A stretch of 63,899 bases of DNA from the NCBI GenBank assembly GCA_001179505.1, contig CDMY01000510.1:290551-354449 (forward strand). The letters are read 5' to 3'. The notes below the pieces were generated by a model. It was not told where the DNA came from. It saw only the letters and a list, made by a program, of their open reading frames with translations, and made no database searches. The DNA comes from Vitrella brassicaformis CCMP3155 (Eukaryota > Protista > Chromerida). The position numbers and the translations under genes are program-made. Shown here one piece after another: positions 49,486 to 61,418 of this stretch (positions are counted from its first letter, which is position 1; each line of letters opens with the position of its first letter).

Positions 49486-50668
49486 TGTGATGACAGATGT
49501 GACTGATACATCGACAGAGGACAACAAAGAAGAAAGGCGGCCGCTCGTGTGTTGATGGATGCTCTATCTGCAGGAGTGTAGATGAAGCGAAGCGGGTCAC
49601 GCCACGCCATGCTACACACGTCACCACACGGAGGGAGGGTTGGAGCGGCGGACGGGCGACAGCCACACCTAGGGAGGGGCCGTTTTTTCTTTTTGATGGA
49701 TGGATGGATTCATTGTGTGAGAGTGGAGCGAGTGGTTGTACATGGCGGACAGATGGGATGGATGGATGGCCGGCTGCATACAGAAGGAAGCAGTGTGCAG
49801 ACTGACTGACTGACTGACTTGACTGACTCTACCTCTCTCTCTCTCTCTCTCTCTCGGGCAATCTGGACTCATTCGAGAGACCGTGCGTACGTGCGTATAA
49901 ATTCGATATTTCTTCCCAGGGTCTCCTTAAATACTCTCACTCAACCGTGCGCCGATTCGCCCACGCTGTGCAAACCCCAAAAACGAGCAGAGTCTGCCCC
50001 CACACAGACTACTACATCCACACACTCACCCTCACACAAACGCTTTGTCGAATCTCCCCTCCCTCCCCTACGTGTCAGTCAAATGAGACAGATGAAAGGT
50101 ATCTATCGCCCGTCCATACGTATGAGGGTATGAGCGGACGAATGTCTGTCTGTCCGCCACTCGGCTGGCTGTCGGGTCACAAAACACTCAACGCAGGTTT
50201 CCTGGAGAAAGTGGGAGGAGGGAACTCAGAAAGGCAGCTAGTTAAGGAAAGTGCACAGATGCGGGTGCGCACCTGACTGACCAAAAAAGGCAGGCGGTGG
50301 GAAACAGGCAGGCAGGCAGGCAGGCAGAGACGCACACGCACGCTCAGAGAGGATCCGATCAGGCAGGCAATGAATGTACGTACGAATGAATGCTCACCCT
50401 GACTGACTGACAGCCCCTCAGCCACGTGGGTGAGTCTCTCCTCAAAAAGGCTGGCGGCCGTTAATCAAGGCGCCTCTCCCTTGCTCCCTCTCCCTCTGCC
50501 CTCCCCTCCCCCCCTCGCCCATGGGCATCGGTCGCGACGAATGCACCCAGCCTCCCAGCCATAGATAATTCGCCCGTATGCACTCACTCACTAAGTGTAA
50601 GACACTAATGGACGCCTCCCTCCCTCACGCAATCAATGGATCCATCCATCCATCCATCCATCTCTCCA

Positions 50669-53145
50669 TCAAGCACCGCCACCGCGGCCCTTCTGTGTCC
50701 AATCCAGTGAAAGGTCCGATCCCCAGTCGAAGTAGTCGTCGCACAGCCACCGTGTCACGAAGACGCCGTCCTCTGTCGTGTTGAGGCAGTGGCTGAGATA
50801 ATTTACCAAGAGGTACGTGAAGTGCACTGACAGACACAGCACCAGGCCAAACCAGGTGGAAAAGTGGAACCGGAAGCGCATCTTCCACGCCTGAGACAGT
50901 CCCATCGACGATGTCGATGAGAACAGACTCTCCGGCTGCTTGTCGACACCGCTGCCCATCCTCTCGAGGTCGGGCGACTGCACATCTCCTCCTCCTTGCT
51001 GCTGCTGCTGCTGCCGGCTCCGATCGGCTGTTGATGAGCATGAGCAGAGTGACTTGAGCTTCTTCCATGGCCCCACCATGCCCGGCAGTGAGATGCCGAG
51101 TCCGCCGGGGAGCGCCGCAAAGATGAGGTCGCCCACGAGCTCACCGAGGATCTGAATCGTCGCCTGGGTCAGGATCGTCGACGTGCTGAACTCTCCCTGC
51201 CACACAAACAGTCAGACAGAGTGTGTGTGTGTGTGTGGTTGTGAAGGGTGGCTACCTGGTCGCTGCCAATGCCGTAGTAGAGGAGGATCATGGGCGCGAG
51301 GCAGACAGCATAAGTCTCGGAAAGAATGTGTGAGAGCGGGACCATCTCGTAGAACACCTTTGCCTCCTCCGTGTGCATCAGGTGCCACAAAGCCATGTCG
51401 CCCACGTCGTCTGGCGGGGCCACCCCACGCACGAACCCCCAAACCTGCCGAACCCTCCTCTGGCACCACTTCCATATCTACCAGCCACGCACACAGAGAG
51501 AGAGAGAGAGTATCTGACAACAGATGGCGTGTGCCATGTTCCGTGTGTTGTGGGTCGTTGTGCGTATAGCGCCATGGAGCTGACCACGTTGAGCTTGTGT
51601 GCGTGGCCCGTGTCCATCCGGTAGCAGAATTTGAAGTCAACTGCATGGACGAGAAGAGGTCGGATGGACACATGGATGGATGGATGCGATCTGATCTTCC
51701 TTCCTTTGTGTGTGCAGGTGAGGTGACCTACTGAGCTCGAACACCAATGCCGCCAGCTCCCCCAAGACGCCCAGCCTGCACCCATCCATCCATCCATCAA
51801 GATCGTCCGTGCATGTGCGCTCGGCTGCATCCGTGCGTACAGTGGATCAGTCAGGGTGCCTTGCAGGACTCGTGTGACGAGCATCACATAGGCCACAACG
51901 GGCGCATAGAAGATGTGCCTGTCCGACGGCCGGATATGGACCATCATCAGGGCTGTCCACCGCACGAGGACGTAGAAGACCTCACCGCACACGAATATCG
52001 CCAGGCGAAAGAGCAAAAAGTACCATCCCTTATAGCCCAGTGCGTAGGGCACCAGCACCTCGATGCACAGGTACACGCCGAGGGCATCGATGGTCAAGTT
52101 GATGAAGGCGTTGTAGGGGAACTCAATGGGACTCCAGTACTTGCTCACAAACCCAATCCACACAAACCAGGTGACATAGAACCGCATGGACCAAACCATG
52201 TCCCCAGTGTACTTCTCAAACACGACGCCGTGCCAGCGCGACACATAGTCGGCGACCTGGACGAGCACGATGACGAGTATGTGTATGAGGCCGCCAATGT
52301 GGACGACCAGCCTCCCGCGCTTGGTGGGGTTCACGCCAGGCACACGGTTCAGAATCATCGAAAACGCCACTATCGACACAGACACAGACAACGTATACAC
52401 CTGCACACAGACAGACACAGAGAGAGGCCCAGGTGAGGTGGATAGCATCCGTGTTGACCACTCCCTCTCTCCCTCCCTCGTTGCTTACCGTGCCCGACCA
52501 GACGAAGGTCGGGATGGTGTGTGGTATCTTGTTGACCTCCATCAAGCTCTCATGTGTCAGCTGCACCCCGACCACCAGGTAGTGGACCAGAAACACCAAC
52601 ACGGCGCCACACAGAGCCGTTCCCTGCACCCGGATGACCGCCAAAGCCTCACGCCATCTCGTCGGCCGCACCCGGCACGCAGGTGAGAGTGAGGGCGTGA
52701 CGTCGTCGTCCATCGAGGGCAGAGAGGACCAGCCGCCTCGGGGGGTCATCATCAGCTGGTCCTCGGTCTGCGTCATCTCGTCAACACCGGCCCGCAGACA
52801 CAGATCCGCCCTGCCCGCCCGAGGCACCCTTCTGACGCCGACCCTGTCGATAGGAGGCCATGAGTCGCACCTTTGCAGAGGCCGTTGTGCATCCCCAGTG
52901 CCGGCAGCGAGTGCAAGAGGGGTCGCCGCCTGATCTTCATGACGGTCGTCGTTGTGGGGAGGGATGGGTATGCATATGAGCTGCGCCTCCTCCGGGAACT
53001 CGGTTGGCGGCAGAGTGGGGCTGCTGCTTGATGCGAAAGACCACTCATCGTCGAGGTCATCGTCGTCTGGCTCCTCCTCTGCTGCTGGGTTGAGCGATGC
53101 ATCCTTCTGGGCCAGCAGAGCTGTGCTGAAGCTCAGTCGTGGCAT
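50669..53145 (-). CDS. Multi-pass membrane protein of unknown function (roughly 9-11 hydrophobic segments) with acidic N-terminal tail
   Basis: ORFs 52216-53145, 51378-52448, 51169-51432 and 50669-51205 link by GT-AG junctions; hydrophobic stretches such as ALCGAVLVFLVHYLVVGV, YVTWFVWIGFV, WYFLLFRLAIFVCG and WFGLVLCLSVHFTYLLV. Confidence 0.7.
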
Positions 53146-53807
53146 ATGACGACATGCAGGCTCAGCTGGATGGACGGCAGCAACAGATAGATCAGGCCAT
53201 TCACTTAGTCGCGGGGCACTGCGGCAGCTGTTCCATCCTCAGGAGTCGGCTAAGCTCGCAGCCTCGGAGGGGGGAAGCGAAAAGAGCTTCCCCGAGAGGC
53301 AGAGGATGATGGAGAGGCCTCGAAGCAGCACATACATTGCTGATCTTGGCAGTTGATTCATGGTTTATTGCACGCTGAGATGGACTGACTGCATCAATCG
53401 GGTGGATGGATCAGGATGGATGTTTGCTGGTGGATGTCGTCGGTATGCCATAAGGATCACGAGCAAATGTGTGAATGAATTGACAACAGCCAGGCAGACA
53501 TACCGTCCACACAATCCGCACATGCAACCACCACTCAGCCAGCCAGCCGGACAAACAGAAGATACCGTATGTATCACCGAGTCCATGCATGGCCCAGGGG
53601 GACCAATATTCGGGGGACCACAGAGAGATGATGTCATGTGTGTATGTGTGCACACGTACGTATACGCAACAAATGACCACGCGACGCTCTCGCCGTCGAC
53701 CAACTGACTTGAAAGACAACCGAACCGAACCGACCACCGTCGCCACCCATCCCTTGCTGGCTCCTCGGCACTCACACCACACAGACACCTCCACACAGGT
53801 GGTATGC

Positions 53808-53809
53808 GG

Positions 53810-53840
<31 letters not shown>
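53808..53840. repeat. (GGCA)n tetranucleotide microsatellite
   Basis: About 8 tandem ggca units; one of many (others near 330, 50310, 54925, 60628). Confidence 0.9.
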
Positions 53841-53842
<2 letters not shown>

Positions 53843-56648
53843 ATCACACACACCATTCACGAGAAGCCAGCGCAGCTGTACACGGGCTGGTATGCAGGCA
53901 TCCGTGAAGCGGCCAGCAAGATAGGATGCCATACCGCTCACCCCCTGCACTGACTGCAGGCAGGTGTGTATACCTATCTGTGTGTGCGTCGGTGGATGGG
54001 ATGGGGGCTATAACAGGTGAACCAATCGGTCAGCAGAGAGAGGGGGGGACGAAGGCATAGGAAGAGAAAAGCTCGTAGACACGTCTGTCCGTCTGCGTGT
54101 GGACGAAATGCGATGCGATGAGTGGATTGCCTGACCCGTGCCCCCCGATGGGCATGGATGGCATCACCAAGTCAGCACGGCACGGCACGCAGCAAGGACT
54201 CAGCAAAGCGAGAGGGGGAGAAAAAACACAAACACACATCGACATGTGGAGCAAAGAGGGAGGCACCGTCATCAGTCAGCCAGCCAGCCAGTAAGTCAAA
54301 CAAGTCAAGAGATGAATGAGATGTGAGCAATCCGGTGGTGTGTGTGTGTATGACGTGTGGGATGAATGTCCACTGCGATGATTGCAATGCGATGTATATG
54401 ACGGTCAACAGGCAGGCAGGCCTTAAGAAGACCGGCCGAGTGGCACATGCACACATCTGTCGTATCCGACCGTCGGCAGAGGCTCGCACTCCCACGCTGC
54501 GCCCGCGTCAGAGTGCGAACCTTCCCAACGACCAGGCTACAACACGATGCGGCACGGCACATGCTATCGAAACGTGACGAACATCGCGGAAAGACACACA
54601 CCCGAAAATAGAAGACGACGAACGATGCTGCGCTCATGGTTGCAGCTGGCTGCAGAGGTCACTTTGAGGTCAGTCAGTGATGTCCTTCCTCGTACGACGA
54701 AGAGGAGGAACATGTCATTGTTGGCTGTGGCGCCAACACCGACACATGCCTCCTACGCGCCGGACGCCGCAGGACACCAATGAATGACGCCAGCCCAGCC
54801 AGCAGGCATTCTCACTTTCCCATGATGCACACACCTTTCTGTTGAGAGAGGAGATGGATGAGTGGTGCGCAACGTGGCCATGAAAACCTTACTGAAGTAC
54901 ATAACAAAAAAAGGCACACACAGGCAGGCAGGCAGGCAGACAGGCTTGTATGATCGTGGAGACAGATGCGTGTGAATGCCGATGATGCCTCCGACCAGCC
55001 AGACAGCCATCCCTCTTCTCCCCCTCCCCCTACCCCCCTCTCCCCCTCTCCCTCTCTCGCTCAGCAGCCTCTCGGCAGCAGCAGCGGTAGCAGCAGCATA
55101 TACAGACCACCATCCCTCCTCCCTCGCCCAACCGACCCCCAGACTATACAGCCCCCCTCCCTCCCTGCCCTCACCGCTCTCTCCCACCCCGTGCATGGCT
55201 GCAGCGTTGGTCTGTCTGGCTAGCGCCGGGGCAGACAATGAGTCTCCTGTCTGTGCACGGATCCCCTCGCTGCCCTCTCCTCTCTTCTCCCTCTCTCTGT
55301 GTCTATATAGGTGGGCTGGGTGCCCTCACAAATACGGTTTGTACTCACACACACCAGTACGTGGCCCACGCAACACACACGCAGAGGCAGACAGCAGACA
55401 CACACGTACGCAGCATCTCTGTAATTGCAGCCAGCTGATTGGGGTTGGGTGTCAAGGACGGCAGTCAGCCAGTCAGTCAGTCGGCTTGGCAGCGGTATGC
55501 CATCCAGGCACCGGTTAGATATACACACACACATCGTTCGTATACATAGACATGGACAATGGACATGCACCCAACCGTGTCACCTCCCCCGTGTGTGAGA
55601 GAGAGGTGATCATGATGGCTCTCTGTTTCCTCTGAGAATAGCGAAAAATCGCGCGCCTGACGGATTGATGACCTCTCTGTCTGTGTCGTGTCGTTCAGTC
55701 CACTCTCTCTCTCTCTCCCACCCATGAGACACCAAACAGGGAGGGAGGGATGGCAGGTGGACGAGCTGGGCTGTCGACTAAAATCGAATCGAGAAATGAC
55801 AGTCAGCCGCCCTCCCAACCGCCCGCCCGCCCGCCGTGACTGACAAACACACATACATACCTACTTACAAACACACGAAACAAAAAAACACACATGATGG
55901 ATACATCAGCGCCCATGCATAGATAGACACACAGCCTTCACACACGTACACACACACAGACACTTGCTTGAGTAAATTCCGCTTGTGAGCAAACAAGGGA
56001 GCAAGAGACCACCGACGGTATGATGATGGTATTGCGTGCGATCCATTCACTCTGTGGCTGGCTCACTGCATTGAGGCAGACAGACACACAGACAGAGAGG
56101 AGGGAAAGAAGGCAAGAAGGTATGGCAGCTAGTCAGTTCACTAACTATGTACAATCACCACCACACGCACCCTCACCCCACCCACCCGCCCCGCACACAA
56201 AAAGCAAAACCGTCCATCCATCCATGCCCTCACGCATCAGCCACCACCCCTCCCTCCCTCCCTCCGTCACCCAATCCCCCCCTCCCCCGTCCGGCCTGTC
56301 AAAGCAGCCACCCGCCCCCCACCCAGCCATTCAGGCATCCCGCCCAAAAAGGAGTCACGTCAGTCAGTCCGCTCTGCCCTCTCCCTATGGAATGCATGAC
56401 TGCAGTGTAATGACTGAATGGGATGTGGTGGCTGGACGGAGAGAAAAGGGCGTTTGCACTGCACGTGCGTGTGGGTGTGTGGGTACATGCAATGGATGCC
56501 ATGCAGTGAATGGATGGCCGGGGTGGGTGGTGTACGGTAGGTATCCAGAGACACCGTGTGCATATGGATGAGCGGATGATGCGATGCTGCAACCACCGGG
56601 CGAAGCTAAGGCAGGATTAAAACCAGCCCCACCCCCTTCCCTCCTCCT

Positions 56649-59600
56649 TCATGGCGCATCCGCACGCCCGCGCGGCGAGGGCGAGATGGCTGACGGGCTG
56701 CTGGAGGTGCTGGGCGCCTGGCTCCTGTGTGCAGCCGACTGCTCGGCGTCCATCTGGCGCTTCATCGACTCGCGCAGCTGCTCGATGCACTGAAACACCG
56801 CCGTCTGCACGCCCTGCAGGCGGGTCTGCTCCTCGGTCAGGTCCTCCAGGAACACAAACAGGTCGTTGAGCGACATAGAGCCCACACGACACACCGAAAA
56901 CCTGATGGATAAATGGATAAATTGATGGATTGATGGATGGATGGATGGATGGACACACGACACACACGTGTGTGTGGGGGTGGGGAATGGTCGCTCACCT
57001 GTGTGTGAGCTTGTTGATCTGTTCCTCCAGTGTTTTGACGCGCTCGGTTTTGGCGGCCAGGTCCTGGTTGAGGGCCGAGATGGCGCCTTCCTCCTGTTGT
57101 GTGTGGGCGTGAGCTTGTGAGGGGAGCGAGAAGTGTCCGAGAGAGAGGTGGTCGATGTGCGTGTCGGGGTCACAGCAGCCGCGGTCGTGTGATGCGGTGT
57201 CGGTAGTGCTGCTGCTCGGGGTGCCCTTGTCGTCATCCTCGCCCTTGACCTGACGGCTGCAGTGTGGTGGATGGAAGAAACAAAGGAACACCGATATGGC
57301 TGGCTGCGTCGGTTGGCTGTGATGGACACACGTACCTCCACTTGTGTGTAGAGTGTTGCTGTGTGATCTGTTTGCTGCTGCCGTCCTTGGTGAGCTCGTC
57401 GACAGTCCTCTGCAGCTGCTTGATGGTCCAGTCCTTGGAAGCACACTCGGAGGTCAGCTGCGCCACCCTCAACTCATACTCACCCAACCTGCTTACACAG
57501 ATGCCATCACACACACACACACATGGACGTGTGGTGAACAGCCAGGCGGCTGTGAGTGTGGTTGCTCACTTGTTTTGTGCAGCCATGTCGTTGGATGTGG
57601 AGCCGTCGCAGCGGCCAGGCGACACCGCCTCAGCCAGCAATGCGTCGCCGCTCTGATTGATGGCACACGGTGGATTGCCGTACGGCCACCATGCTGCTGT
57701 CTGTGTCCGTGTGGTGTGTGTGCCGACTTACGTCAGTGCCATGTGGTCTGTTGCCTGAGTCCATGATGCCATGCAGCCGCTGATCCAGATAGCCCACAGC
57801 CTAAACAACACACACACATAGACACCATCCAGTGCTACGGCTCTCTCTGTTCTTTCTCTCTCCGCCTGCCTCGCACTCCACTGACCTCTTCCAGGACGGC
57901 GCCGCTGGTTGGCGACATGAAGCTCCGCCCCGACACCCCCCCATCCCCACTGCCACTGTCGGTGCTTTGGTGGTACGGCGTGCCGCACTCGAGTCGGTTG
58001 GTGGGACTCATGTGGTCGGCCAGGTTGAGTCGAATGGGGTTGCCCACACTGCCCGGGGCCGGGCTGTGGCGGCTCGCCAGGCTCTCGCTCGACACGCAGC
58101 CGCGCGGGTCCATCACGGGAGGGCGGTGGATGCCTGTGCCGCCGCCCCACCCCTCATCACTCGGACTTGACTCGGGTGGCACGGGGAAGCCGACACTGCC
58201 CGACGAGTAGAGGCTGTAGAAGGTGTCGCACCCACTGCCGCTGGGAGGGCTGGCCTTGGGCGACGGCGTGACCATCCCCACACTGCGATCGGTCGGGCTG
58301 GGGGCCGCCCAGATGGCGGCCGTCTGCTGGTTGGCGGACGGCAGCTGCAGGCTCGACGGGGAGGGGGCCCCCTGCCCACCCCAGATGTCGGCCTGCGGCG
58401 TGGTGGCTGTGGGGGTGGGTGTGAAGCCGGGAGGGGGGAAGACCGGACCCACCGTGCTTGCCGGGCTGCCTGCGGGGCTGCTGCTGTCGTGCTGCGATTG
58501 AGAGCTGCCCGTCGTCTTGTGCGAGGGGCTCATGAGCGGCTTCTTGCCGGCCGCCTGATCCCCCCTCACACCGCGGGACGACCGCTTCTCGCTGCCGCTG
58601 GGTGCGGGTGTGTCGTCAGGTCCGAGTGCTGGGTGGTGTGTGTAGGTGGTGACGGCGTGGTTGAACGTGAAGACCTCCTTGCCCTTCTCCAGGTTCATGA
58701 CGTACCAGTTCTTGGCCTCCTTGGCAGGGTCCAGCTGCGGCGGGCTGGGGAGGTTGAGGCAGGGCGTCTCGGGGTTGCCCACCGTGTACGCGATGGCGCG
58801 CGTCGCCCGGATGACCATCCATAGGGGCACGTGCCCGATGGGGATCCAAACACGAGACACGAACTGGCCCGAAGCCGCCGCCCAGCAGATCTTGAATCGC
58901 ACGCGCATCTTGCCGTCCATGGTGGTCTCGGACGGCCCGCCCTTGTCGTGCTCCTTCCGGTAGCTGGCGCACAGCAGCCGGGAGCCTCTGCTCTCGTTGC
59001 GGTTGATCAGGATGGTGTTCATGAGCAGCGGGGCGTAGCTGGGTGACGCCAGGCCGTCGGTCGAGAGACGCCCCCAGAGTGCCACGATGCCGCAGAGGAA
59101 GCACCGTCTCACGAGGATGAGATGCAGGCCCAGCCGGATGTCGCGCGAGAGCTGGCGGTACCACTCGCCCACGTCGTGTCGAAGGCGTCTCAGGCCGTGG
59201 TAGGGGAAGTTGCGCAGCCGGGCGCAGTCGTCGCACGTCTCGAGAGCGAGCGGGCCGCTCTCGTAGAAGTCGACCACATCGTCCAGGGGGATCATCACTG
59301 CCGCCTGGGACGCGTCAACCTGCACACACCAAGCGACACGCACAGGCGTGGTATTGATATCCACACGCGCGTGTATGGCTTGCGCATGGCATGAGCATCA
59401 TCAGACGCACCTTGAACTCTCTGTCGATAATGGCGGCCGCCTCGCCCGCCAGCGCCTCCACGTTGAGGTGAGAGTAGCGCACCGCCATGGCGCCAAGCAC
59501 CACCACCTTGACGACATAGGGCAGCCTGCCGCTGACCTCGTCGACATGGCCGCGCAGCACCTCCACGGCCCTGTGCTCGAAGCTGCGGGGGTCGAGTGTG

Positions 59601-60162
59601 TATGGGAGGTTGTTGAGGTCGCTCCAGACCCTCTCGATCTGCTCCAGGGTGAAGCTGTCCAGCGGGACATAGGGCAGGGGAGGAGGCACGTACACACCCG
59701 AACCCTCCACGGGGAAGGCCATCATGCCGCCGGTGGCAGCCGGGGGCTGCATGAGGAAGGGCTTGTGGTGGGTGTGGCCGGGGGGTGGCTGCTGGTGCTG
59801 CTGCTGATGGTGGTGGTGGTGGTGGTGGGGCGTCATGTTGCCACCCTGTTGCTGCTGGTACATGGGCATGGGCGTGTCCATGGCCATGGGCGAGGCGGTG
59901 TACGGCGGCGCTGGCTGTCCAGGGTCGATGGTGGGCGGTGTGGATTGTTTGAGGAGCTTCTGGAAGAGGGCCGCCTGGTCGCTGAGCATTGAGGGGGAGA
60001 GGGGGGAGGGGTGGGGGGGACCGGGGGCAAGGGGGGACTTGCCTGACATCACATCAAAGCACACATGAATACAAGCAAGAGGTGCTGTGCATACGTGTTG
60101 GTCTGTGTGTGTGTTCCTTCCGCACCTGATGCATCAGTGTAATGCTGGGGAGCCCACGCCAT
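56649..60162 (-). CDS. Uncharacterised protein: Pro/His/Gln-rich N-terminus, globular domain with two CxxC pairs, Ser/Pro linker, C-terminal coiled coil; possible nucleic-acid-binding regulator
   Basis: MAWAPQHYTDAS G|KSPL splice (60162); ORFs 59315-60064 and 57835-59364 join at REFK|VDAS; CDDC...CFLC; later exons give KLGEYELRVAQL...and SMSLNDLFVFLEDL...ADAP-TGA at 56649. Confidence 0.7.
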
Positions 60163-60463
60163 GATGGCTGGTGGAACCAACGATGGATGCGATGCGACCG
60201 ACCTGCACACACACACACACACACACATACAGAGAGAGAGAGAGAGCATGAGAATCGTGTGCGAGAGCCGTCTGTGTTTCCCTCCCCTCCTCCACTCACC
60301 AGATATGTGATCAGTCGATTGTCGAGTGATGTGTGTGTGTCGCGCGTGTGGCCGGACAAGAGAGAACAACACAAATACAACGCAACAAGTCAGTACAGCT
60401 CACTCAGTCAGTCAGTCAAGTCGGATGGATAGTAAGTCTGTCTGTACAGATGTTCCCCCTCTC

Positions 60464-60490
60464 AGTGAGTGAGTGAGTGAGTGAGTGAGT
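60464..60490. repeat. (GAGT)n tetranucleotide microsatellite
   Basis: About 6-7 tandem agtg units in the intergenic region upstream of the 56649-60162 gene. Confidence 0.9.
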
Positions 60491-61418
60491 GTCCCCGACC
60501 GACACTGTCGAAAGGGATGTGTGTGTGTGTATGTGTATGACCTCTGAATTGATTGACACCAGCCACACCAGCCAAGGCCACACAAAACGCCCAAGGAGTG
60601 AGTGAGTGACGGGATGTGATCTGTCTGGCAGGCAGGCAGGCAGGCAGGCAGGCAGCACACGAGAGGGGAGAGAGACAAGTAGCTGGTGTACAAGCAAGGC
60701 AGTCAGACCGTCAGTCACACGACAAGCGGACCTTTACACCATGCAGTCAGTCAGCCAGCCAACCAGGCAGGTAAGCAAAGAATTAACCGAGTGAGTGAGT
60801 AAGTGAAGAGACGAGCAACGGATGGATGGATAGATGGCAGGTCGGTCTGAGGGGAAGGATGCTGCTCAAGCAAAGAACATGCGTTTGCGTTGTCGTCGGT
60901 CTATACAGTGACAGACAGCGCCTCCCTTTCGCCCGCCCTTCTCAAATGCACATCAATGTACCGCCACACCACCGCCGCCACAGCACTCCCGTCCGCCCTC
61001 ACTCCCAATATGCCCACCAAAACCTCCTTCCTCGCACCACCAGCACCTATACACCGGAGCGCAGCGCCGAGACTTCACTCACTCACTCCTGGAGCACTCC
61101 CGTCCACCTCCTTGACCACTTGCCGTTGTGTTGGCTGAGACAGCTGCGAGTGCAGCACACACACACCGGCTGGGCGGCCGCTGCGCTGGCCTGCTGGCTG
61201 CCGATGGATCAGTCGACGCAGATCTATGCGTGGGACGTCTTCATGACGACGGAGCAAGCAGAGGCTGAACGTCGGGGGAGAAGAAAGACTCCGAAACGCG
61301 GAGAAAGAAAATTCCTCATGTGCTCGCAGAGGCCCTTCAAGCTCGCAGAGCTTTTCTCCTCCCCGTTCGGTCCCCGATTGCCCGTTGATCTGCCATCTAT
61401 ACATCTGCGAAGGTGTGA

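Noticed and set aside
58700-58950. Firm ApiAP2 domain call
   Set aside because: Lacks the typical GV…W.A.W/F pattern; kept only as a weak hypothesis.
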